Positions 62,559-64,000 of a DNA stretch of 64,000 nt are shown here, in pieces. The translations under genes were made by a program, and so were the position numbers. Origin of the DNA: Sarea resinae. Lineage: Eukaryota. Every line of letters begins with the position of its first letter. Within the stretch, counting starts at the first letter, position 1. The stretch lies in contig JAPEUD010000054.1 in the NCBI GenBank assembly GCA_026026165.1, positions 1 to 64,000 on the forward strand, in the 5' to 3' direction. Below the pieces are notes generated by a model. That model was not told the DNA's origin and did no database searches. It saw only the letters and a list, made by a program, of their open reading frames with translations.

Positions 62559-64000
62559 CTTGATAGCATTCAATCACGGGCCTCGACAATTATAATTGTG
62601 CCCAGCCTGGACCCGCCGCGTACGGGACTTGTGAGATAATCCAGTCAACGAGCGGCGTGCCTGTCGCTATGCGCGTTTTGCGATGATGTTCGTGGGGAAG
62701 ACTCGCGCAGGCTCCAGGCGTCGATATGAAAAGACGAGAATCGAAAGAGCGTACGGGGTCGGATTGGATCAGCCGAATAAGGGATGCAAGGACGCGCCCA
62801 ATCGTTCCACTGTGGACGGTCGACGCAATGGCGAAAGGCTGGTGGAATAGGATGATGGGCGACGCGCGCAAAGCGTCGAGGACGGCAAGACGATGGGTGA
62901 GAAAGAAAAGTCGTCGTCGAATGGCGGCGTGAAGTCGTGGTTCGTCTCTGGAGATTCGGGGTCGGTCACCAGAACAGAGGGATGGATGTTTGGGATGCTA
63001 GGGAATTTCTCCCGTCGCCTGCAGCTTGCAGCGTTCGTCAATATCGAGTCGAGCGAGAGACGTCGCATCCGCTTTAGGGCTGGTGCGAAGGACGGGTAGG
63101 AGGGAGCCCGAGGACTGGTACGGAGGGAGGGAGGGCTATTCTTAGCGGGCAACAGGTAGCTTCGCCTTTTTGGGGACTCCAAGCCGGCTTTGGGACTGTG
63201 CACGTCGAAGATAGAAGAGGCAGAGGAAGAAGAAGGAGAAGACGAAGAAGGCAATCATGAAGTTATTCGCAGATGAGCAGGAACAATATCGAGACCGAAA
63301 GGCGAAAGGCGAAAGGCGACAGATGATGGGAAATACGGAGTGGAATCGTAAAACGACCTCCTCCCAAAAGAGTACGAAGACTCCGTATACTTGGCTTTGG
63401 TGATCTGTCAAATTGAAAGAATCGCCGTCAGGCTACCCAGGTAGGGTTGTAGTCGAAGTGGGTGGCCTCGCGGAGAATACCTTGCGGTACCAGGGCTGGC
63501 CGATGTTGGGCGTGACGGCACCAAGTACCTGCGGGTACCCACGCCTTTCGATCTGGTCTTGGTGACATGAGGAGCGTGAACCCCAATGGTGAACCCTACC
63601 GCAAGGTGGGAGAGAAGAGCCTCTTCTACAATGCTCGTGCTCGTACAGAGCTAGAGCTGATCGATTCCATCCTCGACCTCATGGAGACGGCGCCCTTCTG
63701 CTCCTGGAAGCAGCCGTGGTGTTCGTCTCAACGCGTCCTACGTACTCCGTAGCCAACACCAGGGACAACAGCCTGCAACACCGTACCACTACTATGTATG
63801 ATCCCACCTCTTTACTACCTACTGACACGCTCGGCATCTCAAGCTTCCATCCTCTCCCGCAGAGAAGAAGGTCCGGTACACAGTACTCAGTAGGTGACTG
63901 CAGGTGGCCAGGGTCGAGCCAGCGCCTCCCCCCAGCCAGCAAGCACGCGCGTCATCACTAGAGTACGGAGTAGACTATCGACCGGAAATGAGATGAGATG

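Noticed and set aside
63567..63752. 61-aa ATG ORF near the window end
   Set aside because: No recognisable domain or convincing splice continuation; lies in a region containing the intergenic TACTCCGTA motif

Overview
Eukaryotic DNA from a filamentous ascomycete (Pezizomycotina; short GT-AG introns with CTRAC/GCTRAY branch points). About 1-30 kb and 57-64 kb carry conserved spliced genes: a GNAT acetyltransferase, an auxin-efflux-carrier-family transporter, the HOG-pathway MAPKK PBS2, transportin KAP104, SSH4, class II cAMP phosphodiesterase PDE1, proteasomal deubiquitinase UCH37, a CE1/LpqC-like esterase with a signal peptide and C-terminal RDEL, a Zn2Cys6 transcription factor, a Sac1-domain (Sac2-like) phosphatase and a NIPA Mg2+ transporter. 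About 30-37 kb is a long, mostly non-coding region upstream of the Zn2Cys6 factor; it holds a putative spliced 5' leader with a uORF and a candidate 47-aa spliced microgene. About 38.5-56.5 kb, next to an AT/TpA-rich island, has no intact gene I can recognise but does carry several co-oriented (minus-strand) stop- and frameshift-riddled relics, including an apparent FHA+protein-kinase relic and an intron-bearing kinase-like relic. That block looks like a decayed accessory insertion; I found no transposase or Starship captain. No tRNA, rRNA or CRISPR array was seen. Exon boundaries were read by eye and no database search was run.
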